Below, one piece after another: positions 15,024 to 28,256 of a stretch of DNA of 64,000 nt (the stretch's first letter is position 1; the number at the start of each line of letters is the position of its first letter). The notes under the pieces were generated by a model. It did not search any database and was not told the origin of the DNA. It saw only the letters and a list, made by a program, of their open reading frames with translations. The DNA is from Eledone cirrhosa (taxonomy: Eukaryota), in the NCBI GenBank assembly GCA_964016885.1, contig OZ024742.1:313286001-313350000 (forward strand). The letters run 5' to 3'. Both the position numbers and the translations under genes were made by a program.

Positions 15024-15059
15024 TCTCCACGTTTCAGACACCAGTCCTTCATCAGAAGA
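15024..15059 (-). ncRNA. second, inverted copy of the same minimal HHR, probably inactive (GTG triplet)
   Basis: Minus strand: tctt-CTGATGA-aggactggtgtct-GAAAC-GTG-gaga; tail-to-tail with the 14791 copy across (TA)n. Confidence 0.7.
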
Positions 15060-15505
15060 TAGAATGAGAAATAAAAGATGAAATAGAAATATAGAGTGTA
15101 AGAAGAGAAAGAAATGAAATATACTTTTGAGGAAAAAAAACGTGTGTATTCAGATATGTAAATATATATGTATTAAACAACAACAGAAAGCCAGACTGGA
15201 AATGTGCTTTAAAATTTGAATTCCGTGAAATCACTATATATATTTCGATGGCCCAGCTCCATCTTCTAAACATGATGCAAGGCAGGACGATCTCATCAAC
15301 AGAATTACATAACAGGGTTACATAGAGCCCAACCATATCATGGAAGATAGGGAAAGGATGATAGGAAATTGAAAATTCGATTCAGGGACTGCCTGTAAAA
15401 AAAACTGTTGTATATATATATATGTATATATATAAATATATATATATATATAATTATAAACAAATTAACTCGAAAAATCGAGTTTTAAGATGTGAGTGTA
15501 TTAGA

Positions 15506-15703
15506 ATTCTCAGGAAAATGTAAAAACTCGGTGTATGGAAGCTGTTAGAACAGCAAAATACCATCGAAGCGGCATTGGGTAAAATATTACCTGGAATATA
15601 TCTTTTAAGTCAACTCACATCTAGCCGCTGATCTCTGTCCTTCAAGGTACTTTGCTGTTCTAACAGCTTCCATACGCCGAGTTTTTCCATTTTTCCTGAG
15701 AAT
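15506..15703. repeat. inverted repeat, ~57-bp arms with ~83-bp spacer, near (TA)n
   Basis: attctcaggaaaatg..cagcaaaatacc / ggtactttgctg..cctgagaat. Confidence 0.8.
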
Positions 15704-16047
15704 ATATAATTATATATTTATCATCATTATCACCATCCTCATCATCATCATTATCATCATCATTTTTTCTTCTATTTTTCCATGCTTGCTTGGGTTGGAT
15801 AGATCTTCTCCAGCTCAGCTTTCTTTCACTTTTGTAATATCTTCTTTGGTCTTCTTCGTCAGCAGCTTCCTCCCACCAGGAAATCTTTGCACTTCTTAAC
15901 TTAACAATCATCAACCATAAGCATCACATGACCATACCAGTACAATCTTCTCTCTATACAAACAATAATTATATTATATACATTATAGTGCATATAAGAG
16001 GTGTGCATCAGCACGTGTAAATATATGAACGTGCATCATATTTTCTG

Positions 16048-16335
16048 TATGTGTGTGATGTGTGTGTGTGTGTGTGTGTGTGTGGTTGTGTGTGTATGTG
16101 GTTGTGTGTGTGTATGTGGTTGTGTGTGATGTGTGTGTGTGGTTGTGTGTGTATGTGGTTGTGTGTGTGTGATGTGTGTGTGTGTGGTTGTGTATGTATG
16201 TGGTTGTGTGTGTATGTGGTTGTGTGTGATGTGTGTGTGTGGTTGTGTGTGTGTGATGTGTGTGTGTGTGTGTGTGTGGTTGTGTGTGTATGTATGTGGT
16301 TGTGTGTGTATGTGGTTGTGTGTGTGTGTGTGTGT
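16048..16335. repeat. (GT)n compound microsatellite
   Basis: Direct reading. Confidence 0.95.
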
Positions 16336-16556
16336 TTTCTTTTTGATATGTTAAAATGGAAGTTAGCCAATATTATTAGAAGTTTCAAACAGAGATGCTA
16401 TTCAGAAAAATTATGAAGGGATGGAGAGAGAGAAAGAGAGAGAGAAACAGAAAGAGAGAGTAAGAGAGACAGAATGTGAGGAAGAGAGAGAAAGAGATTT
16501 ACAAGTTCCTATGATCCATTATTTATATATCTAAGCTGCAGTTATTGTTGTTTATA

Positions 16557-16743
16557 ATAATTGTTTCTACTTTTGGCACAAGGCCAGCAATTACCCAGTG
16601 TATTACTGGTACTTTATTTTATCGACCCTGTAAGGATGAAAGGTAAAGTTAACCTCGGCGGGATTTGAACTCAGATCGTAAAGGGACGTAACTACGCTGG
16701 AAAGCATGCCTGACTCTCTACCAATACTGCCAATTCACCGCCC
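16557..16743 (-). mobile_element. tRNA-derived SINE (Meta-core-like family)
   Basis: Reverse complement matches the copy at 19900: A box tggcagtattggtag, B box gagttcaaatcc, core gttaacttt.cctttcatcc...gtcgataaaataaagtacc. Confidence 0.8.
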
Positions 16744-16844
16744 TTTGTTGTTTATAATAATGTTCACTGGGGAAGGGTGGTGGGGTGGTGGATTGGTAGA
16801 ATTGGTAGAGCGTTTGACAAAATACTTTGCGTTATTTAGTTACC

Positions 16845-17561
16845 TCTTTCTGATCCACCATTGTCTCTGATCTACCACTGTCTCTGATCTATCACTGCCT
16901 CTGATCCACCACTGTCTCTGATCCACCACTGCCTTTGATCCACCACTGTCTCTGATCCACCACTGTCTCTGATCTACCACTGTCTCTGATCCACCACTGC
17001 CTCTGATCGGCCACTGTCTACCACTGATCTACCACTGCCTCTGATCCACCACTGCCTCTGATCCACCACTGTCTCTGATCCGCCACTGTCTCTGATCAAA
17101 CACTGTCTCTGATCCACCATTGTCTTTGATCTACCTACCACTGCCTCTGATCTACCATTGTCTCTGATCAAACACTGCCTCTGATCCACCACTATTTCTG
17201 ATCTACCACTGCCTCTGATCCGCCACTGTCTACCACTGATCTACCACTGCCTCTGATCCACCACTCTCTCTGATCCACCACTGCCTCTGATCCACCACTG
17301 CCTCTGATCCACCACTGCCTCTGATCTACCACTACCTCTGATCCACCACTGCCTCTGATTCACCACTGCCTCTGATCCACCACTGTCTCTGATCCACCAC
17401 TGTCTCTGATCCACCACTTGTGTCTGATCCGCCACTACCTCTGATCTACCACTGCCTCTGATCCACCACTGTCTCTGATCTACCACTTGTCTCTGATCCA
17501 CCACTGTCTCTGATCCACCACTTGTCTCTGATCCACCACTTGTCTCTGATCCACCACTTGT
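16845..17561. repeat. 17-bp minisatellite (ccaccactgYctctgat)n
   Basis: About 40 degenerate tandem units with no unique spacers. Confidence 0.95.
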
Positions 17562-18242
17562 CCTGAACAGTTGCTCAAATGACCACCGGAGAGCTCCTTA
17601 TACCAAAGGATGACATATTTTTGAGTTATGTTAATGATTTGAAATACAAGAATTGATTAAATGTTTGACTGTGTTTCACAGCTCAATTTTATGGATTCAC
17701 CATCTTTCAGGCAAACTTTAAAGTTTATATTACATTTTCTGTCACATTCATGTGTTGTTATTGGTATTGTTGTTGTTGGTATTGTTGTTGTTGGTATTAT
17801 TGTTGTTGGTATTGTTGTTGGGGCTATTGTTATTGGTGGTATTGTTGTTGTTGCTGGTATTGTTGTTGTTGGTATTGTTGTTATTGGTATTATTAATGAT
17901 GTTTTTGTTGTTGTTGGTATTGTTAGATGATAGAAGCTGCCAATAACATTTCTTGAGGATGTTAACCTTCAAATCTAAACTGTCAAGACATAGCAAATCT
18001 TTGATTTTCTATTAAGTAAAGAAAGATACACAAGCCAAGATAATGTTGAGAAGTAACCAACACAAAACCATATTTTTGTTTTTAGGAGACAGAATATGGA
18101 GTTAGGAGGTGATACATTTCTCATGTATATTATGATGACCACACATTTCCCATATGTATTAGCAGTATATTTAATGTGAAATAGTTTTAACCAGAGTAAG
18201 AAACTCCGTACATTCAACTAGTAGATTCAATGAAGGAGGATC

Positions 18243-19300
18243 TTGTATGTGATCACTAGAAACATTTTTTTAGACCTTAGAATTTTTAGTTTTTATACCT
18301 TAATTAGACCTTATTTTTAGACCTTAAAATTTTTTAATACCTTATATAGACCTAAAGATATTATTAATTTTAATTCAAGATCTTTATTATTCATTAAAAA
18401 ACAACATCAAATGACAAAATTAAAACTATTTACATATATATTGCGACATTATAAAATTTCACATTCTCAGGAGAAAAAACTGCATTGAAAAACTACACTC
18501 AACACTAGCTGATGTTGATGGCACTTAAACAAGAGACTATAGTCCTGGGAGATATTAATAAGTTTTCCATTCAGTAAATTCATTCTACATCGTTTTCCTG
18601 CACTCTAGAGCTCAGATACTTTTTTTATTTGGTACAGATCTTGGGCAAAATTCATATCAGTGAGACATTTAAATGTTTCTTCAATTGAATATTGTGAACT
18701 CTCTAATTTTTTTTATTAAATCCTTCAGTGGGAAATAGCATCACACTATATGTATCAAACTTGCTTCTATTGTTGGCGAATTAACAGTGTTCAGCTTTTT
18801 CCACAAAAATTCCTCCTTCATCGATTCCATTTATTAAGTCACAAATACAGGGTAAATTCTTGGCATAATATTCAGCTGCTTCGATCCAACTACCCCATCG
18901 AGTGACTGTTGGCTGAGGAGGGAATCCAATATCTTTGAAAAGGGCCTTTCTAGTGTGATGTTTTATTATTGAAGCTTTTATAGATGCCATGAGACTGCCC
19001 ACATCTTCATAGAAAACTTTGACTCTCATGGTGCATGAAGGAAATCTGAAACACGTGTCACATGAAAACAATTGAGATAAAGCATCATTCTGATTTTACC
19101 TATGTTGACCATATACCTGGCAGCATCTGATAGTAGTAATAAGATGCTTTCTCGTGCAACACCTATCTCATACCAAATATCATGAATAACTTGAATCATT
19201 ATTGTAAAATAAAAATACGGATTATGGAAAATATTTCTTACCTTTTCCAATAAAACAGTAAAGTGCTTTGTGAAATAAAACATCCAGCTTGGTTGCATAG
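18243..19300 (-). pseudogene. decayed hAT-like transposase fragment with subterminal tagacctt repeats
   Basis: ORFs 19026..19331 and 18781..19071 contain LLLSDAARYMV, HVT and PPQPTVTRWGSWIEAA, resembling hAT-type DDE motifs; frameshifted; boundaries uncertain. Confidence 0.65.
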
Positions 19301-19899
19301 AATAGCAGTAATGGGTTTCTGTCTTCCACACACATACATATACAAGTGTGTGTATGAACTACATGCGGTTCTCTGGTTATAACCAAATAGACAGAATCAG
19401 GGTGTACAAAGGAGTCGTGGCTAAATTCAAAACCCTTATGGAGAATGATATGATAAGATTTGCCCCCTATACAGGAGCAAATCATGGAATAGCATAGAAA
19501 GAACTAAGAAAAAGATAGGGAAAGCCAAAAATACCAGTGTGATGTTCATCAATGCTACCCCTAGAGGCAAACTAGTATATCGTTTTAGAAGATCTTTAGA
19601 CAAAAATGAACATAAGGATTAAAGTAGAAGAAAACCGAGGAGCTACCATAACATTGTAAGGTGCATGTGTTTCTTTTTATTGGTCATATTGGCAACATGA
19701 CTATCTCCAATTATAATAATATCGGTTTCAACACGATTTTCCATCAAGAATCTTGCAGAAAATATACATAAACGTATATGTGTGTGTTAGTATAAATATT
19801 ACCATTACTTCTAGTCTTATTGTGTGTAGATTCTGCCCAATGCCAGCCAAAGTCCCCTGGGAAACTGAACTGGTGACAATATTAATGAGTGTGTGTTAA

Positions 19900-20122
19900 A
19901 GGGCGGTGGATTGGCAGTATCGGTAGAGGGTCATATGCCATGCTTTGCAGCATAGAGTTACGGCCCTTTATGATCTGAGTTCAAATCCCGTCGAGGTTAA
20001 CTTTGCCTTTCATCCTTATGGGGTCAATAAAATAAAGTACCAGTCATGCACTGGGGTCGATTTAATCGACTTTCCCCTCCCCCAAAATTGCTGGCCTTGT
20101 GACTATATAAGAAACCATTATT
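19900..20122 (+). mobile_element. tRNA-derived SINE, near full length (Meta-core-like family)
   Basis: Pol III A/B boxes (tggcagtatcgg; gagttcaaatcc), conserved core, tail ttgctggccttgtg. Further copies at 21403-21593, ~23845-23995, ~45635-45825 and 62176-62785. Confidence 0.85.
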
Positions 20123-20297
20123 CATGAGTGTGTGTGTGTGTGTGTATCAATTTAGTTCCACCCTATCACCACTGATTCTGGTTTTCACCAGTATCATTTC
20201 TTTCTCCCTTAATTCCTTAGGGAATTGTTTGACCAACTGCTTTTATTAATTGTTTTATTTGTTTGTTTGTTTTTTTTAATGTTTTCTTTCTCTCGTC

Positions 20298-20481
20298 CAG
20301 TAGTTCCCAAAGTAAGTTCTGCAAAACCCAAGGGTTCCTCAAAGGAGTGTCTGGGGTTCCATGAAAAAAGGTAGAGTAGTATATTTATATTACAACCATA
20401 TAACAGTATTAGACTTCAGGGTTCTCCAAATGTTTCAGAACCAAAAAGGGTTCTGCATTTGAAAAGGTTTAGGAAACCCTG
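20298..20481. mobile_element. hAT (Charlie-like) MITE
   Basis: Ends cagtagttcccaaa / tttaggaaaccctg with internal gggttc repeats; TSD poorly preserved. Confidence 0.6.
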
Positions 20482-20838
20482 CTCTAAGGCTTCAGATATT
20501 TTCTTTGAAAGCAAAGTTTTGGCAATTATCAATATTTTGAATTAAATTTTTTATCTATATTTTATATTTAAAAATCTGTAGACTTTATTTTGACTTGATA
20601 ATAAATTTTAGACTTTTCAAACCTAAAAAGTGTTTAATTTGCTATTTTTTTATCAAAATATTTTTTTTCTGCCATTTCTAGAACATTTTAAATTTTCATA
20701 GACTTTTTAGCAAAAAATTGCTGTAGTCATCATACAACCAACTAGAAATAGCAGTTACATGTTACACAAATAACACTCTACTGTCTTCAAAATGGAAGAA
20801 CATATTGGATAATGTCTTAGGTTCAAAAAGTCTAAATA

Positions 20839-20991
20839 CTGTATTTCCCGGCACCGAAGACGCTTCGCCCTCGAGGATGCACCCTAATTTTGAAAAACAA
20901 TAATAAACAACCTTCGGCCTCCAGGACGCATGGTAGATTTTTAAGACTTATTTTAGGAAAAACGTAACGTCTTTGATGCTAGGAAATATGG
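20839..20991. mobile_element. Tc1/mariner-pogo (Tc2-like) MITE
   Basis: TA|ctgtatttcc ... ggaaatatgg|TA. Confidence 0.65.
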
Positions 20992-21402
20992 TACTTATGT
21001 CTGAAAAAAATATATACAGAATGGTCATGCAGCAGTATCTTTGTTCAAAGGTCTGCTTGATTAGGTTTGATCAGGGCTAAACAATAATTACATCAGTCTT
21101 GGTTTAGTGTAAACTTGCCATAACATTAACAGTGTTCATCTAGGCTCAGTTAATATTTAGTATAAATGTGGAAGGTATGATGTAAACTTTCAGCTAGGTA
21201 AAAACATAGCCTAGCTTTGATTTTCAGTTAAAGTGACTTCACTCAATGCATATTATTAATACTCTTGGGAAAGTCATGGACACCAGAACTCTTGTTTTTT
21301 AATCTTCCTATAAAAGGAAGAAAATGGCTTTAGTGCCTAGTGAAAAGAAAGCAATATAGGTGACATTTGAACAGCAAGCTACTGAACAAGTTTATGAGTC
21401 AT

Positions 21403-21593
21403 TGGTGGATTGGCAGTATCGGTAGAGAGTCGGACGCCATGCTTTGCAGCATTGAGTTACGCCCCTTTACGGTCTGAGTTCAAATCCCACCGAGGTTAAC
21501 TTCCCCTTTCATCCTTACGGGGTTGATAAAATAAAGGACCAGTAATGCACTGAGATAATTGCTGGCCTTGTGTCAAAAGTAGAAACAATTATT
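21403..21593 (+). mobile_element. tRNA-derived SINE copy
   Basis: Same family as the copy at 19900. Confidence 0.8.
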
Positions 21594-22446
21594 TAAATAA
21601 GGTGTTTTTGAATAAAACTCTTTGCTTCATTGAGCACTGCCATTATATATAATTATATTTTTAAGAGTTAATAAGTCTCCTCATTATTTTGTCTCTTTTC
21701 TTTCTTTTAACTTTTTTATTTCATTGAACTTTTTCTATTGCTTCATCGAGTCACCACCATCATCATTATCATTGTTGTTTTAACGTCCACTTCCCCAGCT
21801 AGCAAGGGTTGGATGGGTTTACATAGACCAAGAATGTACTGAAACAGAGCCACTGATCTCCGAAGAAAACCAGGGATCAGTGTCTCGTTTATGTACGGTC
21901 TCACGTTCCATTGAGTGCTCGGAAGAAGCTGTCATGCCTTTGACACAACTGAGGGTCCTCCTAACCCTTTGATTGGCAAAATTTCTACAGCTGGATGCCC
22001 TTCCTGTCACCAACTACTTTACAGAGTGTACAGGGTGCATTTATCATGTAATAGTTTATTCTTCCTCAGTTTTATGTAATTTGAAATTTTAAATTGATAA
22101 AATAAAATTCGTTATCACAAAACAAAATCATAAGGATTAGGTGGGGAGAAATAAAATTAAGAAGAATTTAGACACTAAAAACAAAATTTCAAATCATTCA
22201 AACTTGAAATTCACTAAAAAGTGAAATTTTAATTTCAATCAATAAAGCAACTTAAATTTTTGTTTTATTAAATTTTGCTTTTATCTTCTGCAAGTTAATA
22301 AATCACTTGCTAACTTTATTGTACTGCTGCTTCTTACAATGGTTTCTAAGGTTTCCTCTAAAACTCTACCTGTTGGTATAAAATGGCAGTGAAGGACAAT
22401 ACCGTAGGTAGAGGTCTTACCAATTTCAATACTACTCAGTTGTTAC

Positions 22447-22993
22447 TGGCACTCACCTGGCACTCACTTGCCACTCAGTACTCACTTGGCACTCACCTGG
22501 CACTCAACAGGCACTCACCTGACACTCACCTGCCACTTACCTGGCACTCACCTGCCACTCACCTGCCACTTACCTGGCATTCACCTGGCATTCACCTGCC
22601 ACTCGGCACTCACTAGGCACTCACCTGGCACTCACCTGGCATTCACCTGGCACTCACCTGCCACTCACCTGCCACTCACCTGCCACTTACCTGGCATTCA
22701 CCTGCCACTTACCTGGCACTCACCTGCCACTCACCTGCCACTTACCTGGCATTCACCTGGCATTCACCTGCCACTCGGCACTCACTCGGCACTCACTAGG
22801 CACTCACCTGGCACTCACCTGGCACTCACCTACCACTCACTTGATACTCACCTGCCACTTACCTGGTACTCGGCATTCACTAGGCACTCACCTGGCACAC
22901 ACCTGGCACTCACTTGATACTCACCTGGCACTCACTTGATACTCACCTGCCACTCACCTGGCACTCACCTGGCACTCACCTGGTACTCACCTG
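22447..22993. repeat. 11-bp minisatellite (cactcacctgS)n
   Basis: About 48 tandem units. Confidence 0.95.
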
Positions 22994-23219
22994 TCACCCA
23001 ACTCACACCCGTGCTTCTATGAACTATTGATATCTGACAATGCACTGCCTACTCAGCAACTGTACGAGAGAAAACCTGTCTACTTGCATAAAATGTGACC
23101 TGACCCATCCCTGTGACCCCCTCTCCCCGCCACACACACACTAGTACTCTTTAGTGACCAACCTCACTATCATTGTACATCCCCACACCCCATTCATTGC
23201 CCCTACCATTTGTATATCC

Positions 23220-23828
23220 AGTGAGGTGGTTGGTGATAGGAAAGGCAGCTTACTGTAGAAACCATGCCAAAAAGGTTTGAGAGGACCTTTTGGTTACGTC
23301 AATGGTACAACAACCTCTCTAGTGTTAGAGATATACATGATAAATGTATAAAGTACACATGGTAAAGTGGTTGGTAATAGGAAGGGCATCTAGCCATAGA
23401 AAGCTTACCAAACAAAGGATCAGGAGGACCCTTCAGTTATGTCAAAGACATGACAATCTCTCCAGTGTTGGTGATCTACATGATAAATGCACCCAGTACA
23501 TGCTGTAAAGTGGTTGTCAATTGGAAAGGCATCTAGCCATAGAAAGCTTGCCAAACAAAAGGTTTGTAAAATGGTTGGTGTTAGGAAGGGCATCCAACTA
23601 TAGAAAGCTTACCAAACAAGGGGTTGGAAGAACTCTTCAATTTGTGTCAAAGATATAAAAACTTCTCTGCACTCGATAGAATGTATGACCATACGTAAGC
23701 AGAATGCAGACCCCTTTGTCTGTCTGGGAGGTGAGTTGCCCCACTTCAGTACTGACTTGGTCTTTGTAGACTCATCCAACCTTTGCTAGCAGGGAGAGTG
23801 AACATTAAGTGATGATGATGATGATGAT
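23220..23828 (+). mobile_element. non-autonomous repeat built from ~140-bp tandem subunits carrying the RTE 3'UTR motif, with (gat)n tail
   Basis: gttggtgWtaggaagggcatc-like motif recurs at ~23229, 23370, 23511 and 23573; relatives at 35405-35760, 46940-47520 and 49395-49682. Confidence 0.7.
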
Positions 23829-24846
23829 ATGTATAGATGGGGAATTGACAGAGTCATTATAACGTCAGGAAGAGTGTTTTGCAGTATTTGTTCCAAATCT
23901 CTGCTCTCTCTATTCAAATCCCACTGAGGTCAATATTGCCTTTCATCCATTCAAGGTTGATAACAAAAAGTACCAGTCTAGTACTGGAGTCATTTCTTCC
24001 TCTATATCTCTTTCTCACTCCCTATCCTTCTCTGGAAGAAATCTACTGTATTTAGACCTTGAGCTTCCAGGTTTTAAAAATCATCATCATCATCATCATC
24101 ATCATGATTTTTAAAAATCATCATCATCATCATCATCATGATTTTTAAAAATGCCCTAAGTAACTCTGTATGTCAATATGGCACCCCTACAACTCCCTCA
24201 GGAGTTATGAGTCCATACCATACCATATATGTGATGGTGTTTGGAGTTTGTTATGTGTGCTGGCTTTTGTTTAATAGATGTTCTCTGTTTTGTTGGTGAA
24301 AGAGTATACAATTTTGGATTGTTTCAGACATGTAGTATACTTGTTTAGAGAATTTAATAAAAGGATGACAAAATTACTGAAACCTTACATTATTAATGAA
24401 CTCTGATAGGTCCGCATTGAAGCTTTTCAGAGTCTTAGGTGGGTTTGATTTGAAGCCATATTGTGTTGGTGGTTTGGTTCTGGAAAAATTAAGCTTTCCA
24501 ATGCATATCACTGATCAGACTTTATCAATACAATAGTTTCATACTGGTGTCCGGATATTTAATTACAATAATTAAATAGATATATCTTTAGTCATGTTCA
24601 TATTCACAAAGGCTTCCTTCAACTACTGCAAATATTGTGTCCAGATGCCTGGACACCAGCTTCAAACTATAATACAATGGTACAGAAATAACAATGGGCA
24701 TTATCAAAATTAAAATGTTCCACAAAGTGTAAATTGAGAATATTGGTGTTACACAAAAAAATAGTGTTCAAAACATCAAACACCACCTAAACATGCTCAT
24801 TATGTTGAATACACATACATACATACATACATAATACATACATACA

Positions 24847-24877
<31 letters not shown>

Positions 24878-24924
24878 GTATAAGTGTGAGCAGGTATATA
24901 TACATATATGTATATATATATATG

Positions 24925-25305
24925 GGCTAGCATGGGTTAGACGGGTTGTCCTGTTGTGGGCAGTGTCTGGTCGGCTGACCATGCCTTGCTCATACAGGAA
25001 CTGATTCTGGCTTGATTTCTACAGCTGGATGCCCTTCCTAACACCAACCTCATTTACAGTAAGTGCTGGGTGCTTTTATTCCATGGCACCTCCACGTCCA
25101 CTTTACAGTGTGGGCTGGGTGCTTTTTTGCCATGGCACCTCCACGACCACTTTACAGGGGAAAGATAGGGACCCCAGTCCGTATCATCTCATTTCTACAG
25201 CTGAGTAAACTGGAGCAATGTGAAATAAAGTGTCTTGCTCAAGGAAACAACACATCACCCAGTCTGAGAATTGAACTCACAACCTTTCGATTGCAAGGCC
25301 AATGC

Positions 25306-25309
<4 letters not shown>
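24925..25309 (-). mobile_element. tRNA/CORE-like SINE with RTE-derived 3' tail
   Basis: Minus strand: B box gagttcaattc, core tccttgagcaagacactttatttcacattgctccag, then the ggaagggcatccagctgtagaaa RTE tail; sister copy at 34004-34322(+). Confidence 0.75.
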
Positions 25310-25337
<28 letters not shown>

Positions 25338-25341
<4 letters not shown>

Positions 25342-25637
25342 CAAAATATTAACAAATGAAAAATATTCTCATAATCAAAATATATACTTTATTATATATA
25401 TTTCAAAGGTACTGTGTTGTTTTTTCAGTACGTCCTCATCAGACAAAATATAGGATTTGATATATGACATACCGCTACGGTCTTGATTATTCAATTCTAG
25501 TATTGGTAGTACCAATTTGACTGCCAATACTAGAATTGAATAATCAAGACCGTAGCGGTATGTCATATATCAAATCCTATATTTTGGCTGATGAGGACGT
25601 ACTGAAAATACAACACAGTACCTTTGAAATATATATA
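25338..25637. ncRNA. palindromic element with an HHR in each arm (same family as 8795)
   Basis: Arms 25393-25510 / 25520-25637; tcatcag at 25436; CTGATGA at 25588 followed by ggacgtactg..cagtaccttt GAAA tatata. Confidence 0.85.
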
Positions 25638-25789
25638 TATAGGTGTGTGTGTGTGTGTGTGTGCACGTGTGTGTTTGTGTGTGTAAACATGAATATCACT
25701 AAGGATATATCTATTTTTATCAGATGCCATCACACATATATAAATATGCCTATACCTACATACATACACACTCATTTATTTATTTATGC

Positions 25790-25864
<75 letters not shown>

Positions 25865-25890
25865 TATATACATTTATGCATATATGTATT

Positions 25891-25930
<40 letters not shown>

Positions 25931-25992
25931 TATATATATATATATAAGTATATATATATATGTGTGTACATTTATATATGTGTATATTTATG

Positions 25993-26041
<49 letters not shown>

Positions 26042-26179
26042 GTATGTATGTATATACATAATGAGTGTAGGTGTGTGCATGTGTGTGGGGAGGAAGAGAA
26101 AGTGGGAAAAAAGAGAGATTACGCCATTACTATCTGTACTGAGACCTATAAATAAAATCTATATCTGTCTATGTTTGTT

Positions 26180-27330
26180 TCATCACACATACACACACAT
26201 ACCAACACACATACATACTAACATATATCAACACACACACACACATACACACTAACATACATCAACACACACACACACATACACACTAACATATATCAAC
26301 ACACACACACACATACCAGCACACACACAGACCCACATATATGAACACACACACACACACAAACACACACCAACACATCAACAAACACACACCAACACCA
26401 ACACACATACACCATCACACACACCCCAACACTCACACCCCAACACACACACCAACACACACACCAACACACATACCAACACACATACACCATCACACAC
26501 ACCCCAACACTCACACCCCAACATACACCAACACACACACCAACACACATACCAACACACATACATACGAACACATATCCCAACACACATACCAACACAC
26601 ACACCAACACACAAACCAACACACAGCCCCACACACACCCCAACACACACACACCAACACATCAACAAACACATACCGACACACACACCAACACACACCA
26701 GCACACATACACCAACACATACCAACACACACACCAACACACACACCAACACATACACACACCAACACATACCAACACACACCCCAACACACACGCCAAC
26801 ACACACACACACCAACACATACCGACACACACACCAACACACACACCAGCACACACACACCAACACATACCAACACACACACCAACACACACACCAGCAC
26901 ACACACACCAACACATACCAACACACACACCAACACACACACCAACACACACACCAACACATACACACACCAACACATACCAACACACACCCCAACACAC
27001 ACGCCGACACACACACACCAACACATACCAACACACACACCAACACACACACCAGCACACACACACCAACACATACCAACACACACACCAACACACACAC
27101 CAACACACACACCAACACATACACACACCAACACATACCAACACACACCCCAACACACACGCCAACACACACACACCAACACATCAACAAACACACATCA
27201 ACAAACACACACCAACACACACAAACCAACATATCAACAAACACATACCAACACACACCCCAACACACACACCAACACACACACCCCAACACACACACCA
27301 ACACACACAAACCAACACACACACACAAGC
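26180..27330. repeat. (acacaccaac)-type CA-rich minisatellite
   Basis: Direct reading. Confidence 0.93.
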
Positions 27331-27560
27331 CACCACATATATAGGTGCAATGACAAACAGACAGACACAGTTTTGCAATAGACTGGAATGATTGATGAAG
27401 ACTTATTTGTTTGTTTAAATTGCAGCATCCATTTATCCATTAATGATCATATTTATTTGCATAATTACAAATATAGACATCCATATGTATGAGGAAAGTG
27501 TGTCTCTCAAAACTTATCTACATGTCTATATGTATATAGGTATTCATATGTGTGTATGTT

Positions 27561-27621
<61 letters not shown>

Positions 27622-27794
27622 ATGCTAGCATGGAAGATGGATGTTAAATCATGATGATGATGATGATATATATATATACATGTGTGTGTGCATGTTTATA
27701 TGTATATATATATATGTGCGTGTGTGTGTGTGTGTCTAGGCTTGTTTGTGAGAGTTTGTGGTTGTGTATATGTATGTTTGTATATATATATATA

Positions 27795-27894
<100 letters not shown>

Positions 27895-28057
27895 AATAAA
27901 TATATATATGTGTGTGTGTGTGTGTACCTGTATGTGTGTATGTAAGCCTGTTTGTGTACATCTTTGTGTGCGTATATATATGTATATAGGCACATCTGTG
28001 TACATTTTCGTGATTAAAATGTATGTGTGTGTATATATATATATATATAAATATGTA

Positions 28058-28120
28058 TAGAAGTAGTTCCACAACAGTTAGTTCACCATGTTGAGAACAA
28101 TTGTTTCACCTTATTCGGTC
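28058..28120 (-). mobile_element. solo 3'-terminal fragment of the Penelope-like element at 42527
   Basis: Reverse complement matches 43512-43566 (gaaacaattgttctc..ggtgaactaactgttgtg..acttcta); flanked by TA repeats. Confidence 0.75.
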
Positions 28121-28203
28121 TAAATATGTATATATATATAATATATATATATATAATATAGATATATGTGTGTGTGTGTGTGTGTATACATATATATATA
28201 TAT

Positions 28204-28235
<32 letters not shown>

Positions 28236-28256
28236 CATGTGTGTATATATATATAT

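Noticed and set aside
16845-17561. CRISPR-like array (also 22447-22993)
   Set aside because: Head-to-tail minisatellites without unique spacers, eukaryotic context, and no cas genes.
19900-19995. tRNA genes at SINE heads (also 41601, 45246)
   Set aside because: A/B boxes are present but there is no complete cloverleaf, and they continue into SINE core and tail sequence.
24534-24669. Possible MITE with ~27-bp imperfect TIRs
   Set aside because: Single, degenerate instance with no clear TSD; not enough support.
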